NCBI GenBank assembly: GCA_963823665.1
Contig: CAWGMQ010000010.1
Coordinates: 1,888,001-1,952,000 of the forward strand
Source of the DNA: an uncultured Planctomycetota bacterium
GTDB taxonomy: Bacteria > Planctomycetota > Planctomycetia > Isosphaerales > Isosphaeraceae
DNA length: 64,000 nucleotides
Direction of reading: 5' to 3'
The notes below the pieces were generated by a model, which did no database searches, was not told where the DNA came from, and worked only from the letters and a program-made list of their open reading frames with translations. Position numbers and translations under genes: made by a program. Of this stretch, positions 20,587 to 32,509 are shown piece by piece; position 1 is the stretch's first letter, and each line of letters begins with the position of its first letter.

Positions 20587-20726
20587 GGTCGATGCCTATG
20601 AGTCCTCCAGCGTAGCAGTTCTGCGCTGTGCGCGCAGCTCGGGTCGCGGGACGGAGCCGGCTCCAACAGGCGTCGGCGCGTCGTCGGCGTCTTTTGCGGG
20701 GTTTGCTGTGCGGGTGCGCCGGCTGG

Positions 20727-21443
20727 TCAGTCTTCCTCCACGTACCGCCATTTCCCGGTGAGTTTCAGATCATAGGAAAGATTGTAAAACGGGCCGTTGC
20801 CTGGAGGTGCTGGTCCGCGCCGTTCGAAGCCGGATCGGCCGCTGGCGTTGGGGTCCGTGATCAAGCCGACGGCGCCCGTCACTGTGTTCCGATCTGATCC
20901 AACGATTCGGAACACGCCCGCCCATTCGGGGGTCGTGACGGGATTCCCGGCGCCGACTCGGTCGGCGAGGCGCTCGAGCGAGGGTTGCGATGCCAGGAAC
21001 GCGAGCCGGAAGGGCCACGGGGTGAGTAGCATAGTGATCGGGGCGAGCGACAGCGCGAGTGTGGTCGCCCATCGGAGAACGGCCTGACAGGTGATGGCCC
21101 GCGTGCGGCCGGGCGGAGTCGACCAAGCCGCGCCGAATCCGAATGTGATAGGCATTGCGAAAACACACAGTAACACGAGGATTGCGATACGCGGGAACAA
21201 CGAAAAAGCGACAGAGGAAACGAGCGCTGTCGCGTTCATCGAGCTGGCTGCGACGGCGAACCCCAAGGCAGAAACGCGCTGAAACGGGCGGGCGGATTGC
21301 CAGAGTCCGCGAGCCATGGCGAGGCACGATGTCAGCAGGCCGCCGACGATCAGGACGGCAAACAGGGTTTCGTCGCGCATCGCGAGAAGCAGGAGAGCGG
21401 CTGCCGCGATCACGAGCATGATCGTCCGAATCTTGAATCTCAT
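20727..21443 (-). CDS. Hypothetical multi-pass membrane protein, tandem paralog B
   Basis: MRFKIRT N-terminus; WPFxLAFLASQP..RLADRVG..PEWAG..KWRYVEED shared with paralog A. Confidence 0.85.
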   Translation of the reverse strand: MRFKIRTIMLVIAAAALLLLAMRDETLFAVLIVGGLLTSCLAMARGLWQSARPFQRVSALGFAVAASSMNATALVSSVAFSLFPRIAILVLLCVFAMPITFGFGAAWSTPPGRTRAITCQAVLRWATTLALSLAPITMLLTPWPFRLAFLASQPSLERLADRVGAGNPVTTPEWAGVFRIVGSDRNTVTGAVGLITDPNASGRSGFERRGPAPPGNGPFYNLSYDLKLTGKWRYVEED

Positions 21444-21723
21444 GGGCGAGACCTAAAAGGCCTCCGCGGTAGGATCTCTGCGCCTTGCGCGTGTCTCGGG
21501 TGGACGGACGGAGCCGGCGCCAACCGGCTTGGGTGCGGCGCAGGACTTTCTGTTGGATGGGGCCCGGTCGCCCGATTTTCGCGGTTGCGGCTCGGCCGCG
21601 GTAGGCAGTGGATCTGACAGTCTGAGCGTAAACGTCCGTTCAGAATGCGCTTGCCAGAATCGGAACGGTTAGGGAAAATCGACGCCGAATGACCCGATCG
21701 TGGCCTGAAGGGCAATCGGCGAT

Positions 21724-24700
21724 ATGGACGACGGTTCGGTGGCACCGACTGAGCTCGACATGTTTCACCCGGCGGTGGCGTCGTGGTTCTCCGAACGCTT
21801 CGGTGAGCCGACGCTCGCACAGCGACTGGGTTGGCCGGCGATCGCGTCGGGTCAGAATGCCCTGATCGTGGCGCCGACGGGATCGGGCAAGACGCTGGCG
21901 GCGTTTCTGGCGGCGCTCGATCACCTCTGGAGGAATCCGCGGCCCAAGCCGGGTGTTCGCATCCTTTATGTCTCACCGCTGAAGGCTCTGAACGAAGATA
22001 TCTGGAAGAACCTCCAGGTTCCCCTCGAGGAGATTCAAGCACGTTCTCGAGACATGGGCAATCCGCTGCCGGTGTTGCGGGTGGCGGTGCGAAGCGGTGA
22101 CACGCCGAGTCACGAACGCGCGGCGATCGTGCGCAAGCCGCCCGACATCTTGATCACGACGCCGGAATCGCTGCATCTGATGCTGACGAGCCGGGCGCGG
22201 GAGATCCTGCGCGGAGTCTCGCACGTGATCGTCGACGAGATTCACGCGGTTTGCCCCAACAAGCGGGGAGTATTTCTGGCGCTTCTCCTCGAACGGCTCG
22301 AAGCCATCAATCCGCAGGGCTTCGTCCGGATCGGGCTTTCGGCCACGCAGCGGCCGCTCGAGGAAGTCGCTCGGTATCTGGGAGGAATCTCTCGCGGTGG
22401 CGGCCAAGCGGGGGAGCAGGCGCCGGGGTTTCGGCCGGTCACGATCGTCGATACGGGCTTCCGGCGCGACCTCGACCTGGAGGTACTCTGGCCGCGGACC
22501 CTGGGGCGCAAGGTCGTCGCGGGCACGATCTGGCCGGAGATTGAAGACCGACTGCTGGCGCTCGTCGGCGCGCACCGGTCGACGATCATCTTCGCCAACA
22601 ATCGGCGGACGGTAGAAAAGTTGACGGCGCGGCTGAATGTGCTGGCGGATCCGACTTGTGACGATGAAGCCGAGGTGCAAGGTGTGCCGCCCGGTGAGGA
22701 CACCGTTGCTGGCTCGCGACGGTTTCGCGCGCATCATGGAAGCATCAGCCTGCCAGAGCGACGGGCGACAGAAGAGGCGCTCAAAGCGGGTGAGGTGCCG
22801 GCGGTGGTGGCGACGGCCTCGCTCGAGCTTGGCATCGACATGGGGGCGGTCGATCTGGTGTGTCAAATCGAGTCGCCGGGGAGTGTTGCTCGCGGATTGC
22901 AGCGAGTGGGGCGAGCCGGCCATGTGGTGCGGGGGGTGAGCAAGGGGCGATTGATCGCCAAGACGCCGGGCGATTTGCTGGAATCCGCGGCGCTCTGCCG
23001 CGCGATGCTCGAGGGCGAGATCGAGCGGCTCACGGTGCCCCAGAACTGCCTCGATGTGCTGGCGCAGCAAGTTATCGCTTGTGTGGCGATGGAGCCCTGG
23101 GACGTTCCGGCGCTGTTCGACCTGGTCCGATCGGCCTATCCGTTCCACGGGCTCTCGGCCGAGTCGTTCGAGAGCGTGCTGCGGCTGATCTCCGGGCGAT
23201 ATCCGACCCCGGAGCTGCGCGATCTGCGCGCAGAGTGGTGTGGGACCGGATCCACAACCGGCTTTCCTCGCTGCCGGGCACCGCGCAGCTTGCGCTTGTG
23301 GGAGGCGGGACGATTCCCGACACGGGCCAGTATCCGGTTCATCTCGGGGCAGGGGGGCCGCGGCTGGGCGAGCTGGACGAGGAGTTCGTTTACGAGCGGC
23401 GCGTCGGTGAGACATTCTCCCTGGGCAACGCGAGCTGGCGAATCGAGCAGATCGAGCCCCATCGCGTGGTGGTGTCGCGCGCGGCCGGGCACACGGCGGT
23501 GATGCCGTTCTGGCGGGGGGAGAGTGCGGCACGCTCGAGCGAGCTCGGCGAAGCGATCGGGAGGCTCTGCCGCGAGTTCTCCGAAGGGCTGGACGACCCG
23601 CAATCGCTCGGCCGGCTCGAAGCGGAGTGCCGGCTGGCACCGCAGGCGGCCCGGGCGCTGCGCGAGTACCTGGCCCGGCAGAGGCGGCTGGCCGGCGCGG
23701 TGCCGGATGATCGGACGGTACTGGTCGAGACGTTCGTCGACCCCGCGGGCGAACAGAGCCTGGCTGTGCTCTCTCCCTTCGGCGGGAGGCTTCATCACGC
23801 GCTCAAGCTCGCTCTTTCGGGTATGATTCGCCGGCGGCTGGGCTTTTCGCCCGCGTGTCTGCATTCCAACGACGGACTGTTGTTTCGCCTGCCAAACATG
23901 GACGAGCCGCCCTTGGACCTGTTCGACGAGTTGACACCGGAATATGCCGAGCGGTTGATTCGTGAAGAACTTCCGGAGACGGCGCTCTTCGGGCTGCGGT
24001 TTCGCCAGAACGCCGCCCGATCCCTTCTTTTGCCGCGCCCGAACCCGGCCAAACGTACGCCGCTCTGGCTTCAAAGGCTGAGGGCCAAGGACTTGCTGCA
24101 GATCGCCAGGGGAATCCCTGACTTTCCGATCGTTCTTGAAACGGTTCGCGAATGCCTGGACGACGATCTCGATGTTCCAAGGCTGCGGCGCTTGCTGGGG
24201 GCAATTCAATCGGGTGACGTTCGGGTCCAGACGCGGCGCGGCGAGATTCCATCGCCGTTTGCGTCCGAATTGATCTTCGAGTTCACCGCGGCGCACCTCT
24301 ATGAGTGGGATGAGCCGAAGCGGGGCGACCTTCCGCCGGCGGGATCGGTGTTCAACGACCAGATGCTCGAACCGCTGCTGCGCGGGGGTGCTCCTCCTGA
24401 TTGGCTCGATCCCCAGGCCGTGGGTAGGGTGGAGAACCGGTTGCGGCATCATGGATTTCCTCCGCGCAGCGTCGAAGAGATGGCTGAACGACTGAGGCTG
24501 CTGGGTGACATCACAGATTCCGAGCTGTGCGGGCCGATGGCGGCGTTCCTGGCCGATCTGGAGCAATCGGACCAGGCCGTGCGGATCGAGCTTGCCCTAA
24601 CGCGAGAGCCGGAGCGATGGATTCTCGCCGAGGAGGCCGGCCGCTACGGTGCGGCCTTCCCGGGGACATCGAGCGGTGACCACGAAGCGCGGGCGGCGAT

Positions 24701-26252
24701 CGTCCGCCGGTTCCTGCAGACCCATGCGCTGGTTGCGCTGGTCGATCTGAGCGCTCGCTACCCGATCGATCCGGTTGAAGCGGCCGAGCTTCTGGAGCAC
24801 TGGTGCGACCAGGGCGAGGTTGTGCGGATTGGCGAAGGCACACCGGCGGGCCAGTCGCAGTGGGCCGAGCGCGCGAACCTGACCGAGATGCGCCGAGCGA
24901 CAGTGGCGGTTCGCCGCCGTGAGAGTATTGCGGTGTTGCCCGAGGTTTTCGCCGATTGCCTGCTGCGGCGGCAGCACGTTCATCCGGCATCGCGCCGCGA
25001 GGGATCAAGTGGGGTCGAAATTGTCCTCGAACAACTGCAAGGCTACGCGGCACCAGCGTTTCTCTGGGAAACTGAGCTTTTGCCGAGCCGTGTGAAGGAC
25101 TACCGTCCCGCATTGCTGGATGAAGTCCTCTCGCGAGGAAACTGGTTCTGGCGGGCGGAAGGTGCCCTCGCGGAGGAGACGCGGGTCGCGTTTTACTCGC
25201 GTGCGTTCCCGGCTCTTTCGCCACTGTCGGCGCCCGCTCTTGAACTGGCGGCGCCGGAGAGGCTGATTTTGGATTTGCTGGACCGGCACGGGGCGAGCTT
25301 CGCCGTCGACCTGGCGAGGCTCTCGGGTCTCGGGCCGTCCCAGACTCGGGGAGCGCTCCGAGGTCTCTTGCGGCACGGGCTGGTGACCAACGACCGATTC
25401 GACCCGGTCCGCGGCGGGTCCGACGCAACTCTGGACGCGTTATCGGAGGCACGCGCGGGACGGCATTCGAGACTCGGCAGAAGTGCGCGGGTGGGGCGCC
25501 GGGCGGCGTCTGCTGTGCCCGAGGGTCGTTGGTGGCGTCTCAACGGCCAGGAGACCAGTGCCGTTGCCGTGCTCCAGTGGTGGGTGGAGGTGCTTATCGA
25601 TCGATACGGCGTGCTGGCACGCGAAGTGGTCGCGCTCGAGCCGTCGGCCCCGTCGTGGGGGAGCTGCGCGCCGATTCTTGCGAAAGCGGAGTGGCGGGGA
25701 GAGATACGCCGGGGCTACTTCGTAGAAGGTCTTTCCGGGCTACAATATGCCTCGGCGCAAGCTGCTTCTGAGCTCGCTCACGCAGGCGCCCGGAGCGGGG
25801 TTGCGGACACGCCCCGGAACGGCTCTGCGGGGATCGCTGCAGCGTCGCCGTCGGCATCGCTCGCTGTGGTCTGTGCCGCCGATCCCGCCAACATTTACGG
25901 GTCGGGTGCACCGCTGGATATTGAGCTTCTTGAAGGCGGCGTTGCGCGGCTGCCTCGTAGCGGCGGGAACTACCTGGTGGTGCGCGACGGCCGGCCGGTG
26001 TTGATTGTCGAAGCGCAGGGCAAGCGACTGACCGGGCTTCCCTGGTCCGAGCGTGCTGATATCGATCGGGCGCTCGAGCTCTTGCCAGCCGTTCTGGGAA
26101 AGAGCCGAAAGATCCTGAAGATTGAGACATATAATGGCCGGCCTGTCGCCGACAGCCCCGTCGCAGGCCGGCTCGGTGAGATTGGATTTGTTCGCGACTA
26201 TCCAGGAATGACATTCTACGTGGGGTGGCCCGTGGCACCGCTGCGGGCATGA
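21724..26252 (+). CDS. lhr: Lhr-family ATP-dependent helicase (frameshift near 23230)
   Basis: APTGSGKT, YVSPLKAL, TTPES, DEIH, LSAT, AHHGS, ASLELGID, QRVGRAGH, GGTIPD, GELDEEF, RRGYFVEG. Confidence 0.92.
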
Positions 26253-26334
26253 ACGGGCGACGAGTGTTGCGGCCTGGAGATCTTCTTGCGTAATTCTTGT
26301 TCCGTTCCATCAGTACGTCCAGAGGAGCCAGAGC

Positions 26335-27168
26335 ATGGAAAGCTTGAAACCGGAACGGTCCCAGAGGGCTCCCCACTACGACTGCCTGGTCATCAGTGAC
26401 CTGCATCTGGGAAGCGACGTCTGTCAGGCCAAGTTGCTCGAAGAGTTCCTGATCTGGGCGGTCGAGCACTGCGACCAGATTGTCATCAACGGCGACATTT
26501 TCGACGACCTGAACTTCAAGAGATTGACGAAGCGCCATTTCGCGTGCCTGAAGGTGATTCGTCGCAACACGGATCGACCCGATTTTCGCCTGGTCTGGGT
26601 GCGCGGCAATCATGACGGGCCGATCGACATCATCAGCCATGTAGTCGGCGTGGATATTCTGGATGAGTATGTCTACGACAATCATCGGATCCGGCTCCTG
26701 ATCCTGCACGGAGACCAGTTCGACACGTTCATCACGGCGAATCCGGTTTTGACGGGATTCGCCTGCGGGTTGTTTTATTTCATCCAGAAGTGGATGCCGC
26801 ACCGGGCAGCGCGGTACATTCGGCGAATCACGAAAAAGTGGCAGAGGAACAGCGAGCTGATCGAGCACCGAGCGGTCGAGTATGCCCGAACACGGGGCTT
26901 TCGATTCGTGACATGTGGCCATACCCACCTTCCACTGGTTGCAGAACACGGCGACGTGACGTACGTGAACAGCGGCACCTGGACCGACTTCCCGCCTTGT
27001 CCGTACGTGGTCGTGCAGGGGGACGAAGTGCGACTGGAGTACTGGCCGGCGGAGCGGGAAGGGTTGACGACCGGGAAAGAGCTCGCGGGAAGTTCTCGAA
27101 CCGGTCCGGACCAATCAATCGAGCTCGGCGCCCATAGAGCGGGTGCAGAAAAGTCGGAATCCTGGTAG
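26335..27168 (+). CDS. Calcineurin-like metallophosphoesterase (UDP-2,3-diacylglucosamine hydrolase family)
   Basis: ISDLHLG, NGDIFD, RGNHD, LHGDQFD, CGHTH, NSGTW. Confidence 0.88.
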   Translation: MESLKPERSQRAPHYDCLVISDLHLGSDVCQAKLLEEFLIWAVEHCDQIVINGDIFDDLNFKRLTKRHFACLKVIRRNTDRPDFRLVWVRGNHDGPIDIISHVVGVDILDEYVYDNHRIRLLILHGDQFDTFITANPVLTGFACGLFYFIQKWMPHRAARYIRRITKKWQRNSELIEHRAVEYARTRGFRFVTCGHTHLPLVAEHGDVTYVNSGTWTDFPPCPYVVVQGDEVRLEYWPAEREGLTTGKELAGSSRTGPDQSIELGAHRAGAEKSESW

Positions 27169-27205
27169 GATATCTGCCAGTCCTGACTTCCAAGGGGATC
27201 TCGCG

Positions 27206-28502
27206 ATGAATGACGCCGATCGACCTGCTCAAGTTTCACTGGAATCCGACCGGCTGGAACAGTTGCTCGAGGTGCCTGCGCCGGCTCAACCGGTTGTGAT
27301 GATCGAGTATCGCAACCGCGGGGTTCCATGGTGGTTGCTGGTGACCTTGGTCGTGCTCGTCCCGCTGGTTGCGGTGATCGCCTACCAGCAACTGGTCGTC
27401 CAGACATATCAGGCACAGGCCGCGAATGCCCGGTATCTCACCGAAAAACTGAAAGCCGAGCGAGCCGTTGACGAACAACCGAAAGCAGAGCCACCACCAG
27501 TCGCGCCCGCCGCCGCAAGCGCGGCTCCAGCCATGATCTCTGCCGAGGCGGCACCAGCACCCGCCGCGGCCCAGCCGCCTGCTTCGCCAGCGGCCTCTCC
27601 CGACCTGAAGCCGCAGCCGGCCCGGTCCGACGGAGCGGGTGAGCCGACTCTCGCCGGCGTTGGTCAGCTGGCGGAGCCGCGTGTGCGGTCGGTCTTCCCG
27701 ATCCCGCTCGAGGCCGCAGCGGCTGCCCCAGCTCCGAAGGGTGCAGCCGCCGGCTCGATCAGCCCCTCGACCGGATCGCCGGCGGGCGCGCAGCGTGATG
27801 ATTCGGTGAAAACACACGTCGCCGGGCCGGAGCAAGCGCGCCGTGCCGCCGACCCCCCGTCGGAGAACGGCCCCGCAGGCGATCGTGACCGGGCGGCGCT
27901 CGCATCCGGTGCCGGGGCGAGACTCGGTCGAACCGGCAGGTCACCCGGAACCGGCTCCACGGAATGACCCTCTTCCGACGGCAGAAGAAATGCGGACCCA
28001 GCTCGCCGAGGAAGCCGCCAGGAAGAATGCGGATGAAGCCGAGGCGGCTCTTCTTCTCAACGATCGGATGCGTGTGCGTCGCTACGAGGATCGCATGCGA
28101 TTTCACGACGATCTGCGCCAGATCCTGGCGCGGGACCTGAAGAATGCGGGAACGGAGATTGATGAATTGTCCAAGCGCCAGCGCGGCGACAGCGATCCAC
28201 GAACGCGCGCCAAGGCGCGAGTTATCTGGCGTGACAAGCGCTCGCCGTTGGCCACGCGTGTCAGTCAAATTCGATCGATGAATATTTCTGAATCCGACAT
28301 CCTCGATCTCATGTCGGACAACCTCTATGCTCGGATGCACGCGCCCGGCGGGCCGCGAGACAGCAATGAAGTGCGCGTGCGAGCGGCGCGGCTGCTCCTG
28401 AGTTGTGAGCTTTCGGGCGCGAACAGCGCCCCGGAAGCGGGCTCCGCTCCGGGAAGTGCACCGAAGCGGCGTCGGACGACCGGCACGGATTCCCCTCCAT
28501 GA
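27206..28502 (+). CDS. Hypothetical single-TM protein with Pro/Ala-rich linker (frameshift near 27915)
   Basis: TM segment VPWWLLVTLVVLVPLVAVI, low-complexity linker, helical C-terminal part in the next frame. Confidence 0.65.
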
Positions 28503-28558
28503 ACTGGCGGTTTGACGCCGGTCAGCGTTTCATCTTTCCCAAAGAGCAGGGTAGGCTC

Positions 28559-30056
28559 ATGCGAATTCTCACGGCCGGCTGCATCGTATTCATCTCTTCG
28601 CTCTGCCTTGCGTCCGGCGCTGGGCTTGCCGATGACGTCCCGGCGGCAGATGGTCCCAAGCTCCTCGAGCAAGGAGACAAGCTCGCCGACGCCGGCCAGT
28701 TCACGGAGGCAGTTATCCGGTACAAGAGCGCGATGGAGAAGCTGCTGCCGACGCTCAGGAAAACTCCCGTTCAAGCATGAAGTGAAGCGTGACGTCACCA
28801 AGCGCGAAAACATGAAGGAGTTGATTCTCAAGGAAATCGATGAGGACATGACGCCGCAGGAGTTCCGTGCCAATGAGCTGGCTCTCAAGGCTTTCGGCTT
28901 GCTGCCGGCAGAGTACAACCTGCGTGAGGCGCTGGCCCAGGTTTACGCGGAGGAGGTCGCCGCGTTCTACGATCCCAAGACCAAGACAATGCACTTGATC
29001 GAAGAACCGAAGAAGCCGGCCAAGGACAAGCCCGGCTTCCTCGAGCGGCTCTTCGGCAAGAAGAGCGGGTTCGACAAGGACGAGAACAAGACGGTGATTG
29101 CTCACGAGTTGACACATGCCCTGGCCGACCAGCACTACGATCTCGACGCCCTGCAGAAGAGTGTGAAGAAGGACGACGACCGATCGCTGGCGCTCTCCGC
29201 CTTGATCGAGGGCGAAGCCACTCTGGCGATGTTCGGCGCCGGCATGTCCGACTGGAACGGGGAGCAGATCGTTGCCTTGCCGGCCGAAAACCTCGAGTGG
29301 ACTTTCAACCTGATGGCGCCGTTCATGACTTTCATGGGCGGTGGCCAATCGATCCGCAACGCGCCGCCCATCATCAGCGAATCCATGACCTTTCCCTACC
29401 TCCGTGGGATGGTCTTTTGTGCGAAGCTGGCCAACACAGGAGGATGGGCGGCGATCGACCAGGTTTACCGCGATCCGCCGCTTTCGACGGAGCAGATCCT
29501 CCATCCCGAGAAGTATCGTGTGAAGCCCGATTACCCCATGTCGATCGAGCTCGGCACGCTGGCTCCGGGCGAAGGCTGGAAAGAAGCTGGGCGAAATGTG
29601 CTCGGCGAGATGCAGCTCGCCATCCTGCTCAAGAAGCACGGCGGAAAGGATGCGGCGGCCGGCTGGGACGGCGACCGATACGCCGTATTCGAGGGCCCGA
29701 CCGCAAAGCTCGGGCTGGTTTGGGTCTCCACCTGGGACAGCACGGATGACGCCCGTGAATTCCTGCGCGGTTATGCCGCTTGTCAAAACGATAAGGTCGA
29801 AAATCTGGGCGGGCTTCCCCGTCGCCTGCCCGATTCGATCTGGCGAAACGACGGCGAAGCGCTCTACGTCATCGAGCGGCACGGCTGCGACGTGATCGTC
29901 GTCGAAGGCTTTGCTCCAGAAGCGACCCTCGCGCTCCTCTGCTCTGCGCGAGCGGCGAAGAAGACCGAACTGAAGCCTTCGCCTCGCAAGGAAGAAAAAG
30001 CCGGCGCTAAGCCGGAAAGGGCTTCGGCCGCCGTTCGCTCTAGGATATCTCACTGA
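28559..30056 (+). CDS. Secreted HExxH zinc-metallopeptidase-like protein (frameshift near 28760)
   Basis: Signal peptide MRILTAGCIVFISSLCLASGAGLA; AAFYDP, IAHELTHALADQ, LIEGEA, PPLSTEQILHPEKY, AAGWDGD. Confidence 0.82.
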
Positions 30057-30135
30057 AATGTTCCCCATGACCTGTTGAAATGTCGATGGTCCCTCGTGTT
30101 GAGTTACTTTCGCAGCCACCCAAAGGAGGCAACCG

Positions 30136-31005
30136 GTGAAGCCGATCCTCACGCGATTCTGGGTGTTCCTGGCCACGTCTGCACTTGTGGTGGGCTCTTT
30201 CACGCTTCACGCCGCAGGGCAGGACTTTTCTGAAAGCTCCAAACAGCAGGGCCGAGACTCTTCGGCCGCTTCCGACGGAAAGACCGGAAGCGCGAATGAC
30301 GCTGCCGGCAGTGATCAAACCGCAAAGGACGCCGCCGGCAAGGACCCTGACGGAAAGCCCGATCCCAAGGCGAAAGCCGGGTCCAAGGCCAAGGCCAAGC
30401 CAGAACCGGAGTTCGTTCGCAAGACCGACGCCGAGTGGCGAAAAATCCTGACGCAAACGCAATACATGGTGACTCGTCTGAAAGCAACCGAGCCCGCATT
30501 CTCCGGCGACTACGCGACTGGCCACTTCCGCGGGATGTTTCACTGCGTTTGCTGCGATGCCGAGCTGTTCAGCGCGGAGACCAAGTTCGATTCGGGCACC
30601 GGCTGGCCCAGCTTCGATCGCCCATCGAGCGCGAGGGCCGTCGCGCGGGCGATGGACTACGATGCATTCGAGCCGCGGATCGAGGTGATGTGCCGTCGTT
30701 GCGGCGCCCATCTGGGGCATGTCTTCGACGATGGCCCGACGATCACGGGCCAGCGATTCTGCATCAACTCCGCAGCGATCAAGCTCAGGCCCCCTGAAGG
30801 CGAATCGGTCCCGACCAAGGCCGCGAGTCGAACGTCCTCGCGAGCCCGCGCCAAGGCACGCGCGAAAACGATGACGAAAGCCAAGGTCAACCCCAAGGCG
30901 AAGTCCAAGCAGTCGCCGGCTGATTCTCACGACTCGCCCGGCTCGGCCCAGGACGATAAGCCCGCCGAAACCGACGCGGCCCGCGCCGCCAAACCGTCGG
31001 AATAG
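30136..31005 (+). CDS. msrB: Peptide-methionine (R)-S-oxide reductase with signal peptide and low-complexity arms
   Basis: ATEPAFSG, CVCC, KFDSGTGWPSF, CRRCGAHLGHVFDDGP, RFCINS; aggagg RBS. Confidence 0.93.
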   Translation: MKPILTRFWVFLATSALVVGSFTLHAAGQDFSESSKQQGRDSSAASDGKTGSANDAAGSDQTAKDAAGKDPDGKPDPKAKAGSKAKAKPEPEFVRKTDAEWRKILTQTQYMVTRLKATEPAFSGDYATGHFRGMFHCVCCDAELFSAETKFDSGTGWPSFDRPSSARAVARAMDYDAFEPRIEVMCRRCGAHLGHVFDDGPTITGQRFCINSAAIKLRPPEGESVPTKAASRTSSRARAKARAKTMTKAKVNPKAKSKQSPADSHDSPGSAQDDKPAETDAARAAKPSE

Positions 31006-31297
31006 CCGGCGGTCGACCGCCTGGTCAACCGCGATTGATCGCGCGATCCGCCGCTTGCTGGCGAGATTGCACCTCCGGCCGCTCCAGCCGCGGCTCGGGT
31101 GTTGCCGCCGGGCGCTGGCACCGGGGATCGACAACTCGCTGCGCTCTGTGTTAGATTCGTTCGGTTTCTCGAAGCTCGACATGCCAGGGTGTCTGCTTCG
31201 AACCGGAGAAAACTCATCTCGACTGGTACGTGGCCAGTTCTCGGATTCACCACCTGCCTGGAAGGAGCCATTAGAAGTCATGGCGACGGGACGAAAC

Positions 31298-31905
31298 ATG
31301 AGCAGAATCTTGCGGTTGGGCCGTCTTGGGCATGGGATTGAGTGCGCTCTTGCTGCCAACCGCGTCAAGTGCCCAGGACGACGAGAAGAAACCGGTTGTC
31401 GTTCTGGACACGTCGATGGGAAAGATCACCATCGAGCTCGACAAGGAGAAAGCCCCGATCACGGTTGAGAACTTCCTCAAATACGTCGATTCCGGCTTCT
31501 ACGACAATTTGATTTTCCATCGCGTGATTGAGAAGTTCATGATCCAGGGAGGCGGGTTCAGCACAAAGATGGAAGAAAAGAAGGAGGGCCAGCGCGGTGG
31601 GATCAAGAACGAGTCCGGGAATGGTTTGAGCAATGTGAAGGGGACGATTGCCATGGCCCGGACGTCTGACCCCAATTCGGCCCAGAACCAGTTCTATATC
31701 AACGTCGAGGACAACAACGCGAGCCCGAACCTCGACAGAGGGCGGCTACGCCGTCTTCGGCAAGGTCATCGACGGCATGGACGTGGTCGAAAAGATCAAG
31801 AAGGTGCGCACCACGACCCGAACGGGTGCGGACGGCCATGATTACGAGGATGTTCCCGTCGAGCCGGTGATCATCAAGTCCGCCAAGCGGAAGGCCAAGG
31901 AATGA
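31298..31905 (+). CDS. Cyclophilin-type peptidyl-prolyl isomerase, exported (frameshifts near 31320 and 31740)
   Basis: [51 protein letters not shown]. Confidence 0.9.
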
Positions 31906-32065
31906 CCTGCCGATCGCTTCGAGTGTTTGATTCGGTTGGAAGTCTTGACCCAAAAGTTTGCGACTTCTAAGATGGCTGACATCCGGCCGTGCTCGCCGTT
32001 TCGACGGGCGCGGCCCTGCGTTAGTTCTTGAACCACATTTTCTCGGCCTAAACAAGGAGTCGCGA

Positions 32066-32371
32066 ATGGCTCACATTGTCGCTGAGCCCTGCTTCGACTG
32101 CAAGTACACCGACTGTGTCGTCGTGTGCCCGGTCGACTGCTTCTACGAAGGGGCGCAGATGCTGTACATCCACCCCGACGAGTGCATCGACTGTGAGGCT
32201 TGCGTGCCGGAGTGCCCCGTCGAGGCGATCTTCCACGAAGACAACTTGCCCGATGAGTGGAAAGAGTTCACGGCTTTGAACGCCGAGGAATGTCCGAAGT
32301 GTCCGGTCATCACGGAAAAGAAGGATGCCCTCGAGGCCGAGTCGTGCGACCAGAGCCGTAAAAAGAAGTGA
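32066..32371 (+). CDS. fdxA: 7Fe-type ferredoxin
   Basis: [18 protein letters not shown] and [12 protein letters not shown]; aaggag RBS. Confidence 0.92.
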   Translation: MAHIVAEPCFDCKYTDCVVVCPVDCFYEGAQMLYIHPDECIDCEACVPECPVEAIFHEDNLPDEWKEFTALNAEECPKCPVITEKKDALEAESCDQSRKKK

Positions 32372-32509
32372 AGGCCAATTCCGCCTGATCTTTCGGTTCG
32401 CACTCTCACGCCGCTAGCGTTCGTCGCCGGATTCAAGCTCCAGTCGCTCGATGGCATTTTCGCCCCGGCCACCACGTCCGTGACCGGGGCCCTTCCGTCT
32501 CCGGAGACA

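Noticed and set aside
21724..27168. Lhr plus metallophosphoesterase as the ligase-associated DNA repair operon
   Set aside because: The phosphoesterase looks LpxH-like, and no ATP-dependent ligase or exonuclease is adjacent.
30400..30790. Possible selenocysteine MsrB
   Set aside because: The catalytic position is a normal Cys codon (RFCINS) and there is no in-frame TGA.
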